Position numbers and translations under genes: made by a program
In this document: positions 12,001-25,128 of the stretch, piece by piece
How positions within the stretch are numbered: position 1 is the first letter of the stretch
Layout of the letters: every line of letters begins with the position of its first letter
Notes under the pieces: generated by a model
What the model was told of the DNA's origin: nothing
Databases searched by the model: none
The model's input: only the letters and a program-made list of their open reading frames with translations
Source: Malacoraja senta
Taxonomy: Eukaryota
Reading direction: 5' to 3'
DNA: 64,000 nt
Assembly: GCA_038087875.1 (NCBI GenBank)
Contig: CM075984.1
Coordinates: forward strand, 44,888,001 to 44,952,000

Positions 12001-15000
12001 TGCAGTCATGCAGAAGTATGCTTTCAACCCTATGTTTAATTTTCAAATCAAAGGAAGAGCAAAGAATACAAAGAGATGATTAATAAATGAAACAAACTGC
12101 AAGGCAACCATTTCTGTGGCATAATTTCTCCACAATGAACACTGCAAGCCTCTGAGGAATAAACCTCTGAGGAATGGAATAATTTCTCTTGATTTAAAAC
12201 ATAAAGTTAATGATTTCCTTGCACAGCAATAAGTGGAAGAAGTACAAATTTATTTTTGAAGAAGGGTCCCGACACAAAACATCAACTATCCATGTTCTCC
12301 AGAAGTGCTGCCTGACATGTTGAGTTACTCCAGAAATTTATGTCCTTTTGTGTTATCTGAATTTCCTTCCGTCTCATAAGTTCACAAGTTATAGGAGTTG
12401 ACTCTTATGTATAGAGAATGATGGGAAAGTGTGGATCAATGTGGATAGTGTGGATCAATGGTCAGCATTGACTCGGTGGGCCAAAGGGCCTGATTTCATG
12501 TTGTCTCTCCAAACTCTAAACTCCACTGTTCTACGTTTTATAAGGCCCAGATTGTTGCAGGATCAGACCATCAAAATACATTTGTTGTTCTGCCACGTGC
12601 TACCAATTTACCTCGCCACTCACGCAGCGAAGAACACCTGCATGATATTTATTAGGAACATAAGATCAACACAAAGTGCTGGTGTAACTCAGTAGATCAG
12701 GCAGCATCTCTGGAGAACATGGATAGGTGATGTTTCGGGTTAAGACGGCAGATGTCTGAAGAAGGGCCCTACCCAAAACGTCACCTATCTATGTTCACAA
12801 GTTCACATGTTATAGGAGTAGAATTAGGCCATTTGGCCCATTTAGTCCACTCCGCCATTCAATCATGGCTCATTGCTGCCTCCTAATCCAATTTTCCTGC
12901 CTTCTCCCCATAACCCTTGACCCCCATTCTAATCAATTCTCTATAATTCATTTCTGGACTGGAATAAAACAAACGCTCTGGTCCTGATTGACCTAAATTC
13001 TCTTACTTCAAATTAGCCTATATAGCTTAATGCTGCCTCTCCGCTGCAACCAAAGTTCCCTTTCCCTGCCAACCATCAACTTGGCTACCACTAGTTGCAA
13101 TTCCCCTGCTCATTTGATATTAAAACCAATAAAGGCAAGCCCTGAGTTCCAGATGTAACTGCCTCCTACTTACCAACTTGAACTAGCTGCTTCCCAACAA
13201 CACCGCAAACAGCCAAGGTATTTACCGCTGGAGTACTAGTCCTGAGATCAAAGATTTCCTGACAAAGGGAGTAGGTCCAGTCCTGATTCTTTATAGCCCA
13301 TTCCCCTCCCTACCTGCTGACGGTAATCTTGAGTGTCTCCAGAGCCTTCTCGCTTCTTTTAAATAGCCTCCTTTTTCTTTTTTTAAGAAGGAACTGCAGA
13401 TGCTGGTTTACGCTGAAGATAGACTTGGCCTGACCAAATCTATGAGCACATTTGATTGTAAGAGTGATTAGTATGGGGAGAAGGCAGAAGAAAGGGGTGA
13501 AGAGAGAAAGATAGATCATTCATACAAGATCGACACAAAAAGCTGGAGCAACTCAGCTGGTTTGGCAGAATATCTGGAGAAAAGGAATGTTTCGGGTCAA
13601 GACCCTTCTTCAGATTGAGAGTCAGTGGAGAGGTTTGTTTCCCTCGTAATGGGCCATGGCCATGAAATGGGCCATGACTATGTGAGCTCAGAGCAGTAGG
13701 TAGAACCTGCCTCAGTTCTACAGAGAGAGGTTGGGAGAAATCAGCCCAGTCCAAAACAGGCATCAATAGAACAAAAAAAATAGTTCATGCATGAATTTCC
13801 TCATATTCTGTGGCGTATACAAAAAAATGAAAGTGGTTACTATTGAGTGAGACAGGTTTCCCAGTCACTGTGCAAGGATGCAGAAGCTTTGGACACAAGC
13901 ACAAAGGAAGGACTAGAACAAGCACAGCGCTCCAGCAATCCTGTCCATTTGACTTCTCCACAGCATAGTCCTCAACCTAATTACATTCTATGGGATAATA
14001 GGCAACTAGTGTGAATGGGTCAGCATGGACTCGGTGGGCCGAAGGGCCTGTTTCTGCGCTGTATCGCTAAACTAAACTAAACTCTCAACTCAACTCTGAC
14101 CCTTCCACATCCTCAGCTGACAGAATGCCAAGACAGAATCGCCACTTCATTTAAGGTCTCTATATTTTCCAGATATGATTTAATAAAGATTGCTGGATGA
14201 TATATTTGAATTGCATTCAAGAGCAATTTCTGTCATGTAATTTGCTAACATTAGAATGTTCATATACAGAATGAATAATTTAACTTTTTTTTACAAATAC
14301 TCTTTCTTTCAGATATACTCAACACAAAAGGAAAACAAGGTATTGCCAGTTCCGGCAAATTTCACACTGTTGATTTTATGTTCCGTTATAATGCATAGTT
14401 TTTACTTAAATTTGCACAATATCATCTTCCTCAAATGTAAAAAGCAACAATCAAAAGTAAATTTGGCCCCAGTTTATAAGCAGATATAGGATACTCCACT
14501 GAAGAGCAATTTCTTGTCAAAGACAATTTACATCTCTGGACTAATTTTGAGATCAAGTAACAGTGAAAAGGTGAAATCCTCACAAAAATAATTTTAATTG
14601 GCAATGTTTTTTTCGTTATGAGGGGACAAAGCTACTTTTTTTCAAGAGGAACTTGATACACATTCTACTTAATATTTCTATAACTTAAGGCGTCATGGTA
14701 TTCTTTCAATTGTATAAACCCACCCGCAGGCAAAACCTTAATATGTTTGGAGGAATGCCAGGGAAAGGATTAAATATTTTAAAGTTTCCTGTTCCTCAGA
14801 AAATATCAGAGTATGACCTTAAATGTCCATCAATGTAATTTATTAAGTGCTAATTGTTCTTTGGCAGTTTTAGAAAAGAGAAAATCGGCAAGAAAAATAT
14901 GTGAGGAAAATGTTCTTGTAATTTTGCAATGCACCCTTAATTGTGTGTTTATTACTTCCAGTTCTCCAGTTTAAATGACCGATTTTGTCTCCTGAGCATT

Positions 15001-15504
15001 TAAATTGCACATTGTAAGAACGTTTTCAATTGTAATCATTTGTCTGGTACCTAATTTGAAGGAAGTCAAAAAGAAAAAAAAATACAATTGCCTTTCTACT
15101 AACTCCAGATTCAGTTACTTCAAATATTGCTCAGTCATCATGCTAAACTCAGATCATTCAGATGACCAAATACAAAAAGATATGTCGCATAATATCATAC
15201 GTTTACACACAAAATTGATTGAACCTCTCAATTTTACAGTTCCCTCCAGGCACAGTTTTGATACAGGATTAACCACATATAGTTTTCGGAGGATTAAGCA
15301 GATAAAATTGGAAACTTTCATACTCACAGGGGCATTTAAGTGTCACATTTAGATTTCAGATACCTAAAATAGCGGTCAATGAAAGGTGATTTTTCCAGTA
15401 TGAATTCCATACCCAAGTCAAGATTTCATTCCTGAAGAGGAATTAAATTCCCTCGTGCTGATTTGCACCCATAAACTTTCATGGCCCAGACTTCACAACC
15501 AGGA

Positions 15505-15697
15505 GTAGTACTCAACTACTTTCTACCTCATTGATGACCCTCGGACTATCCTGACGTTGCAGGCTTTACCTTGCACTAAACGTAATTCCCTTATCATCTA
15601 TACACTGTAAATAGCTTGCTTGTAATCATATATTGTCTTTCGGCTAACTGGATAGCATGCAACAAAAGCTTTTTTGACAATAAACTAAACTGAACTG
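15505..15697 (+). mobile_element. Rex1-type LINE 3'UTR fragment
   Basis: Homologous to 36955-37175; ends gacaataaactaaactgaact. Confidence 0.6.
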
Positions 15698-16009
15698 GAC
15701 CTTAAAGCCAGCCCTGCTATTTAATATCATAGCTGACTTGATTGTAGTCTCAATTCTACATTCTACATTCCTGTCCACTCACAGTAACCTCACATATCCT
15801 TGTTTACCAAATATCTGTAAACATCTGCCTTTAAACTCCTCCCTTCATTCTTTGCGGAAAAGAGTTTCAATGGCCCATGAGTCTTGGTGAGAAAAATAAA
15901 CCTGCCCTAAATGAGTGACTTCTCTAAATTTCATTCAAGCATTAACACACTTAATTTATGAAGGAGATCAATCCTGCACTTAGTAATTTAGACCTTGACT
16001 CACCATTTT

Positions 16010-16300
16010 GACTTTACTTTAGACTTTAGAGATACAGTGCTGAAACAGTCCGCACCGATTAGCGGTCACCCATACACCAGCACTATCCTACACACTAGGG
16101 ACAATTTACAATTTTACCTAAGCCATTTAACCCACAAACCTGCACGTCTTTGTAATGTGGGAGGGAACTGGACAATCCGGAGAAAACCCACGTGATCACA
16201 GGGAGAACATGCAATCTCTGTACAAACAGCACCCATAGTCAGGATCGAACCCGGGACTCTGGCGCTGTAAGGCTGCAACTCCGCCACTGTGCCAACCATT
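16010..16300 (-). mobile_element. HE1/V-SINE
   Basis: Reverse complement of the SINE consensus. Confidence 0.85.
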
Positions 16301-16996
16301 GTACTATATAATAGACATAACCTTCATACTTTAGTATTTAGTTCCCCTTGGAAATAAGCAAACATATTCCCTTAGCTTTCCTATTTACCTGTCCAGGGAT
16401 CGCTGGTTGGTGCGGACTAGGTGGGCCGAAGGGCCTGTTTCCGCACTGTATCTCCATACTAAAACTAAGCTAAACTTGCTGTATCAGTATGCTAGACTTT
16501 TGCAGACCCTGCACTGGGACATGGCTGATCCTTCAGCAGAACAGCAAAGCAACAACTCTGTTGACTTTGTCCACAAAGATCTAGCAACATTTGAGGCATG
16601 GATTTCCTGTTTCTGATGTTAGTGGCAATCATTTTAACAGATCTCCAACAGTTGTGATTCCATTGAACAAGATGAATTGGCAATTACATTTTAAAACATT
16701 TACAAATAAGAGCAAAAACTGTTTTTAATTAACCTATTAAACATTTTACTGTGTACTACTTAAAGTTAATACGCAAATGATTATGGTATGATAAAATACC
16801 ATAGTCATAAAAAAGGTACAACATATATGGAGGACATTCAGCCCTTGATAACAGCTTGCGTCAATGAAGACCTATCCAAAATAGACACAAAAAGCTCGAG
16901 TAACTCAGCAGGTCAGGCAGCATCTCTGGAGATAAGGATTAGGTGGTGTTTCAGGTCGAGACCTGTCTTCAGACTCTGAAGATTTCTTGAGACTCA

Positions 16997-17241
16997 AGGG
17001 CCTGTCCCACTTGGTGATTTTGCCGGCATCATATCAGTGTCGGCAAAAGATTTTGAACATTTCAAAATCCAGCGGCGACAAAAAAGTGGTTGCGGCACTT
17101 GAAAAAGCACCGCGCGTCACACGTCATCACGCCACGTCATACGTCATCATGCCGCATCACGCCACTTATTTTTCGGTGACATGATACGTCAGTCAATGAT
17201 GCCGGCAGTCGCCGAAAAAATCGACAAGAGGGACAGGCCCT
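16997..17241. mobile_element. PIF/Harbinger-type MITE
   Basis: TIRs AGGGCCTGTCCCACTTG / CAAGAGGGACAGGCCCT (16/17 match) with 3-bp TSD TCA. Inserted in a Penelope-derived short element. Confidence 0.88.
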
Positions 17242-17686
17242 TCAGTCTGAAGGAGGGTCCCGACCCGAAATGTCACCTATTCCTTTACTGCAGAGATACT
17301 GCCTGACCCGCAGTTATTGCAGCATTTTGTGTCTATCTTTGGTGTGAATAGCATCTGCCAATCCTAACTGCATAAAGAGCTATCAAACTTAATCTCATCT
17401 TCATCACGTAGGTCAGAACTCCGTAAATATACACCCAAGATCTGTTTAAATATGTTTCTGCCTCTGCTTCCCCCTTGGGCAGTGTGTTATACAACCCGAG
17501 CAATGTCATGGTGTAGAAGTTTTAATTATCTCCTTCTAATCTTATAACCAATTATTTAAAGATTAGATTTTTATCCTACAATCAAGAGAAATATGTCCTT
17601 ATTATTTAACCTACCAAGGCCTTGTTATTTAACCTACCAAAGTCTTCTCCCAGCCACCACTCTTCCAAAGCAAGCAACTTAGCTTA

Positions 17687-17930
17687 ACCATTATAATTAT
17701 CCATTATAATTCCACTATAAAACAGACCACAGTTAATATTTCCTCTTTTTTTAAATCCTTTAAAGTATTTACTAAATGTAAAGTGTAATATTCTCCCAGT
17801 GCAAAATAACGTATTGAATGCATTGGATGTGACTTTGTCTTGTTTGGACTTGTTTTGGTTGCACTGATCAGGAGTAGCTCTCCGAATTTCGTATTTCTAA
17901 GTACAATGACAATAAAGGCTTATTATTATT
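17687..17930 (+). mobile_element. Non-LTR 3' tail insertion with 20-bp target duplication
   Basis: Ends acaatgacaataaagg + (TTA)n. Flanked by perfect AAAGCAAGCAACTTAGCTTA at 17667-17686 and 17931-17950. Confidence 0.7.
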
Positions 17931-18344
17931 AAAGCAAGCAACTTAGCTTATCCAATCTTTCCACATAGCTAACTTTTTCCAGCCCTGGCAAATTTGTCTA
18001 AATTTCCTCCATGCCCACATCAATCCAATAGCATATTTGCTGTAGAATGTAGACCAGAAATATATGCAATACATGGCGTAGTTTGACATGGTGTGGGATT
18101 GTATGTATTTCAATAATAACCTCCATGCTCTTATAAATTAACAGTAGTTATTTGGCTTCTTATTTTAAACTCAATTATATTTTGTATCATTTATGTTAGG
18201 ATTTTTAATCAACATTCATAAAATTCATCACAATGTTTAAAAGACAATTGGACATGACATAGATAGGGTAGGTTTAGAAGGATTTGGGCTAAATGCAGGC
18301 AGGTGGGACTAATGTGGATGCGTCATGTTGGTCTGCAACATTCA

Positions 18345-18638
18345 GTGGCAGAGCAGTAGAGTTGCTGCCTTACAGCGCCAGTGACCCTAGTTTGATCCTG
18401 GCCATGAATGCTGTCCATACGGAGTTTGTACGTTCTCCCTGCGACCGCGTGGGTTTCTCTGGGTGCTCTGGTTTCCTCCCACATTCCGAAGACATGCAAG
18501 TTTGTTGGTTAATTGGCTTGGGTAAATTGTCTCTGATGTGTAGGCTAGAGCTAGTGTATGGGTGATCATTGGTCACCGTGGACTCGATGGTAGAGAGGGC
18601 ATCTTTCCATGTTGTATCTATAAACTAAACTAAACTAA
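18345..18638 (+). mobile_element. HE1/V-SINE
   Basis: Full-length, (CTAAA)n tail. Confidence 0.85.
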
Positions 18639-19099
18639 CAATCAGTTTATAAGGGTGAGGAGTTTGCTAAACGATAGCAAAATCAATTGGACCTCATGCA
18701 ACAATGGACTGTATGTTAAAACAAGTCTCATACATAAGTTTACACCAATTAAACTCATTTTCTTTAATTCTGTTGAAAGATGAAAACAGCATAGCATGTG
18801 GAGAAGGACTAAAGCAATGATAATCTTCTTTGGATTATCATTGATTTAATGCAGATATTGGTATCAATTTCAGGGGATAATGTCAGTATTATTGCTGCAA
18901 AATCCTAGCTTGATCTCCCAATGTTTTATTGTCCCAATATTGGCTCAATGGATCGATAAGACATTCTCAAACTTCGAAGAATGGATCAGTAATACACTCT
19001 TTGATTATCGTGTAGTGTGACAACAACAGGGCAGCTGTGCAATATATTTGTTCTGTGTGTCACTGAAATTGACAAAGATGTGAGGACATGTCATGTAGT

Positions 19100-20865
19100 C
19101 GTAGAGTCATGCAGTGTGGAAACAGGCCTTCGGCCCAACTTACCCATGCTGACCAACATGACGCATCCACATTAGTCCCACCTGCCTGCATTTAGCCCAA
19201 ATCCTTCTAAACCTACCCTATCCATGTCATGTCCAATTGTCTTTTAAACATTGTGATCATATCTGCCTCAACTACCTCCTCTGGCAGTTCATTCCTTACC
19301 CCATTACCCTTTGTCCAAATAAGTTGCTCCTCAGGTTCAATCTTTCCCCCCTCACAAACCTATGTCTTCTGGTACACAAAAAAAATGCTGGAGAAACTCA
19401 GCGGGTGCAGCAGCATCTATGGAGCGAAGGAAATAGGCAACGTTTCGGGCCGAAACCCTTCTTCCGACTGATAGGGGGTGGGGAAGAAAGGAAAAAAGGA
19501 AAAAGGCGGAGGAGGAGCCCGAGGGCTGGGGGAGGGGAGGAGACAACCAGAGGGCTGATGAAGGGGAGGGGACAGCAAGGGCTAGCAGAATTGGGAGAAT
19601 TCAATGTTCAAGCCCCCAGGATGTAGACTGCCCAAGCGGAATATGAGGTGCATTTTCTCCAATTTACGGTGTTGCTCGCTGTGGCCATGGAGGAGACCCA
19701 GGACAGAGAGGTCAGATACGGAATGGGAGGGGGAGTTGAAGTGCTGAGCCACCGGGAGCTCAGGTTGGTTATTGCGGACCGACCGGAGGTGTTCGGCGAA
19801 ACGATCGCCAAGCCTCCGCTTGGTCTCACCGATGTAGATCAGCTGGCATCTAGAGCAGCGGATGCAATAGATGAGGTTCGAGGAGATGCAGGTGAACCTC
19901 TGTCGCACCTGGAACGACTGCTTGGGTCCTTGAATGGAGTCGAGGGGGGAGGTGAAGGGACAAGTGTTGCATCTCTTGCGGTTGCAAGGGAAAGTACCAG
20001 GGGAGGGGGTGGTATGGGAGGGAAGGGAAGAATTGACAAGGGAGTTACGGAGGGAGCGGTCTTTGCGGAAGGCAGACATGGGGGGAGATGGGAAGATGTG
20101 GCGAGTGGTGGGGTCACGTTGGAGGTGGCGAAACTGACGGAGGATCACTTGTTGTATGTGACGGCTGGTGGGGTGAAAGGTGTGGACTAGGGGGACTCTG
20201 CCCTTGTTGTGAGTGGGGGGATGGGGAGAGAGAGCAGTGTTGCGGGGTATGGTGCGAGCCTCATCTATGGTGGAGGAGGGGAACCCCCGTTCCCTGAAGA
20301 ATGAGGACATTTCAGATGCCCTGGTGTGGAACGCCTCATCCTGGGAGCAGATGCGGCGTAGACGGAGGAATTGGGAGTGGGGGATGGAGTCCTTACAGGA
20401 AGCAGGGTGGGAAGAAGTGTAGTCCAGATAGCCATGGGAGTCGGTGGGTTTGTAGTGGATGTCGGTAAGGAGTCTATCACCTTCGATGGAGATAGTGAGG
20501 TCAAGGAATGGTAGGGAAGTGTCGGAAATGGTCCAGGTGTATTTGAGTGCCGGATGGAAGTTGGTGGTGAAGCGGATGAAGTCAGTCAGTTGTGTGTGGG
20601 TGCAGGATGTGGCACCAAAACAATCATCGATGTAGCGGAGGTAGAGGTCGGGGATGGGGCCCTGGCTCCTACTCTGGATAAAAGACTATGCATTTGCCCT
20701 TTCTAATTCCCTCATGATTTTATACACCTCTATAAGGTCACACCTCATCCTCCTGCGCTCCAAGGAATAAAGTCCTAGCCTGCTCTACCTCTCCCTATAG
20801 CTCAGGTCCTCGATTCCTGGCAACATCCTCCCTTGTAAACCTTCTCTGTACCCTTTCCAACTTAG
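19100..20865 (-). mobile_element. CR1 3' fragment split by the Penelope element (~19100-19372 and ~20662-20865)
   Basis: CR1 tail consensus continues across the PLE insertion. Confidence 0.75.
19373..20661 (-). mobile_element. Penelope-like retroelement, 5'-truncated: RT C-terminal half, GIY-YIG endonuclease and 3' terminal repeat
   Basis: Open frame 20661->19582 (~359 aa): YLRYIDD, PFLDL, YKPTDSHGYLDYTSSHP, CNRKRCNTC, IYCIRCSRCQLIYIGETKRRLGDRFAEH, GGLN. Interrupts a CR1 fragment. Confidence 0.93.
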
Positions 20866-23267
20866 GTACCTTGTCAGGATCCCAACCAATATTCCTTGAC
20901 TACCAATGGAAAATTCATATCTTTGACTATCATTAAGTGCAGGATACAACACAGCAGTAAACTTACAAAAAAATCAAATCTCTATTAATATTCACATGCT
21001 CACATGCATAGAGCATAGCATAAGCCATTGCAGAATGAATAGCATCTGGGGAATTATAACATGATTTTGGGGAGAAAATAGAAAAAGTTAAAGTGTTGTT
21101 TGTCAAAATTGACAACATTTCTGTTGAAAGAATTTTCACAATTTTTTTCAATTGTTGAAACAAATTATGAACTAAATTGCTATTTTTTGTTTAACGAGTT
21201 AAATAATTTTAGAAACTTCACTAATTTTAGAAACATCAAACTTTACAAGATTTTTGCTTGGGGAAAGCAAATCAAAGATTATTTTGCACATTTATTTCCG
21301 AGTTTTCGGGCAGAATCTTATATAATCTGATCTTGAAAATTGTTAGGATTAAATACGTGTTTTTAGCAAGTCGATGCAATTTTATCACAATTTACCCATC
21401 TACCAATGATAGCCTTTTCAGATGGACACTGATATAGAACAATTTCACAGCTTGTATTGATTTCCAATAATATTTTAGCATAAAAACTCGGAGAATCAAT
21501 TTTTTTAGAACTTTTTGCGAGAAATTCTTAAATGCCTATTGAATAATGTTCTCCGCCCCAAGTGGTTTAATGCTGATAAGAACGCTGCAGGAATCAACCT
21601 GCAGTTGATTAACAGCAAAATAATTAGATTTTAGTAATTTCTGCATGGTTCTTTGAGAACAAGAAAAAGAAAGTAGCCTGGAGCTAAAGAGTGTCAGTTA
21701 AGGTATTTCAATGTGACCTCCTCACTTAAAGCATGGAGTTACAGGAAGGGCAGAACTAGTCTGCACCAAATCATACTGCAAGTACTGAATAAAAGTGGGA
21801 CTAGTCTAGGGCATCCAGCCCCAGCTCCTTGGTACCAGGTTTTTTCCATCAGTAAAGAGAGGATTCACTGAATGGCCAAGTGTAAAAAATGAATTTAGTA
21901 GAGAATTGACTATTTTCTGCTTTGATTCTTCCAAAAATCATAGCTTAGGCAGTAAGCATCCAGTCAACAGTGCGACCATTAATGTTTCCCTCTGAGAAAG
22001 AGTCTTCCCAACATTTTTGACCCCTTGACCCTTCTCAGATGAGATTACTAAAAAAGCACAATTTTATTTCATAGACTAATGTTCACTGGGAAGAAAGTTA
22101 GAACAACAAAAACTCATTTAACTTGGTAGTGAGCATTGAGATGAATTCATAAATTCAGAGCGTAATTTAGAACGAAACTGAATCCGACTGAATGGTCTAA
22201 AGGCTGCATTGGTTTTCAATTTTACGGCAATTGAACCGCAGATTTTTTTCGTAAACCTAATAATTTTTATGATGTGATTCGGTCACATGCTGAACGGAAT
22301 CACAGAACTGCATGATGTACATTATTCAGGTATATTAATGAGAAAAGAATTATAGCTATTGTAGCATGAGATGAAATGCAATGATCTTTGACACAGAACG
22401 TGGTATACAACAAATATTTAAATGCCAAATGGTTCATAATTCTGGCTAACACAGCCTGGGGCTGTGTTTGATGTCGACACTCCCTCACACTTTAAAATGG
22501 ATGCACGAATGGGGATGGAGGATTGAACAGTGCCTGTTGACACTAATGACGGCAGTGCACCAACTTTGTGTTCCTCATGCTTTTAATGCCTGCTGTTTGA
22601 TGCCTATGCTGAGTGCACTGTTCATTAATTTTATACGTCTACAGAGAGCCCAATATCAATACCTACTGGCTCTAGTTAAACTCAGCCTTTGTCTTCGTTA
22701 TTACCTCGTCTGCAGCTACCAATGGACCATTGTGGGCTCCACCCTTCCTTGGTCATCGGTGCTGTCTCTGATTTGTTCTGAACCTTTTCATACCTCTAGT
22801 TTCCCTCTCACCTGACTCTCAGTCTGAGGAAGGGACTCGACCCGAAGCGTCATGCTATTCCTTTACTCCAGAGATGCTGCCTGTTACGCTGAGTTACTCC
22901 AGCATTTTGTGTCTATCTTCATATGAAGTTAACCTGAACTTCATATGAAAGGTGCACCACAACTTGTGTAGATAGTGGCAGATACGTGAGAAGTAAATTA
23001 GACCGGAGAAACGGTGAAGGAATTATTAATGCGGAGGAGAGCAGGTACTTGATTTTGCAAAGGGGGATCCTGATGAAGAAAGTGGAAAGTGGGGAAGTTG
23101 GTCTGTATCTCTGAAGAACCACGTACTTTCAGGAACACATTCAAACAGCTGCACACACTCATGGAAGACAGTGCCGCAACTCAAACACTTGAAAACATTG
23201 GCAAAAGAAAGTCAATAGCTTCACTTATTTGCTCAAGATCAACAAAATGTTTCTTAAATTGTTAGTT

Positions 23268-23354
23268 TTTCATGAATGGACCACTCAATTTCATGAATGG
23301 ACCACTCAATTTCATGAATGGACCACTCAATTTCATGAATGAACCACTCAATTT
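23268..23354. repeat. 21-bp minisatellite x4
   Basis: TTTCATGAATGGACCACTCAA, three perfect copies plus one with a single mismatch. Confidence 0.95.
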
Positions 23355-23678
23355 ACTACACTCCAGACCTACATCTACCAACAATTGTCAACAATTAATC
23401 TGAAGAAGGGTCTGGACCAGAAACATCATCTATTCCTTTACTCAAGAGTGCCATCTGATCCGCTGAGTTACTCCAGCTTTTTGTGACTATCTTCTATCAT
23501 TAATTGTCACAACCAGTCAGCTAATCATTTTTGCAGCCTTGATCCAAACATGAAGTTTAATTCCAGAGACAACAGTGAAATGATTGCTCTTCCCGGACAG
23601 TATATGCAGCAACAACCTGGCATCTGAGAACTGCAGTGGAGGATCAGATAGCTGTCCAGCAAGGATTCCGACCCAGGC

Positions 23679-25128
23679 AACACAATGGCGCAGCGGTGGA
23701 GTTGCTGCCTTGCAGCGCTAGAGACCCGGGTTCGATCCTGACTACGGGTGTTGTCTGTACAGAGTTCAGCCACGGGTCCCGATGGCATCAGTCCTAGGGA
23801 GCTCAAAGCGTATACCAGCCAGTTGTGCGGAGTACTCCAGCACATCTTCAACCTGAGCCTGAGCCTGGAGAGGGTTCCTGTGATGTGGAAGATATCCTGC
23901 CTGGTTCTTGTAACAAAGAGGACGCACCCCAGCTCCTCCAATGACCACAGACCGGTGACGCTGACTTCACACATCATGAAGTCCCTGGGGAGGCTGGTGC
24001 TCACTCACCTGCGACCCCTGGTTAAACCCTACCTGGACCCCCTGCTGTTTGTTTACCAAACAAAGATGGGGGTTAAGGACGCCATCATCCACCTGCTCCA
24101 TCGCTCCTATGCTCACCTCGATAAGCCGGGAAGCACTGTGAGAGTCATGTTTTTTACTTCTCCAGTCCTTTAAACATCATCCGGCCTGCACTGCTAGGGA
24201 GCAAACTGACAAACATGCAGGTGGATGCTCCATTGGTGTCCTGGATCACCAACTACCTGACAGGACGACCACAATATGTCAGGCTACAGAATTGTGTCTC
24301 GGACATAGTAGTGAGCAACACAGGGGCCCCACAGGGGACAGTCCTCTCTCCCTTCTTGTTCACCATCTACACCTCGGACTTCAGATATAACTCGGACTCC
24401 TGCCACCTGCAGAAGTTTTCGGATGACCCTGCAATTGTGGGCTGCATCAGTCAGGAGAGGGAAGCTGAATACAGAGGTGTAGTCAACGACTTTGTTGCGT
24501 GGTGTGGGCTGAATCACCTGCAGCTCAACATCGACAAGACTAAGGAGTTGGTGGTCGACTTTAGAAGGCGAGGAACATCCCTCTCTCCATCAATGGTGTG
24601 GATGTGCAGTTTACCAGGGAGTACAAATACCTTGGAGTGTACCTGGACAGTAAACTGGACTGGTTCAGGAACGCTGGGGCCCTGTACAAGAAGGGACAGA
24701 GCCGGCTGTACTTTTTGAGAAGGCTCCGTTCCTTCAACATCTGCAGTAAGTTGCTGCAGATGTTCTACCAATCGGTGGTAGCCAGTGCCATCTTCTTCAC
24801 TGTTGTGTGCTGAGGCAGCAGGGTGAAGGCCGTGGACGGCAATAGGATTAACAAACTCATCAGGAAAGCTGGCCCTGTCCTGAGCGCGAACTTAGATTCA
24901 TGGGAGATTAGTGGGGTAGACTGACCCCCCCCCCCCCCCCAATGCTCAGGATGCTCCGGTTTCCTCCCACACTCCAGAAACGTTGGTTTGTAGTTAATTG
25001 GCTTTGGTAAAATTGGAAATTATCCATAGTCTGTGTAGGATTGTGTTAGTGTGTGGAGATGGCTGGTCGGCACGGACTCAGTGGGCCGTAGGGCCTGTTT
25101 CCGTGCTGTATCTCTAAACTAAAATAAA
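23679..25128 (+). mobile_element. HE1/V-SINE split by a Rex1 fragment (halves ~23679-23766 and ~24945-25128)
   Basis: Head ends ...gtacagagtt; body resumes gatgctccggtttcctcccac. Confidence 0.8.
23767..24910 (+). mobile_element. Rex1/Babar-type LINE RT fragment (frameshifted), inside a SINE
   Basis: GPDGI...HRPVTLTSHIMK...GAPQGTVLSPFLFTIYTSD...QKFSDD...YKYLGV...RLYFLRRLRSF, spread over three ORF pieces. Confidence 0.88.

Noticed and set aside
19648-20422. Long plus-strand ORFs (180 aa and others)
   Set aside because: Antisense shadows of the Penelope ORF.
23268-23354. CRISPR-like array
   Set aside because: Contiguous identical units with no spacers, no cas genes, vertebrate intron.
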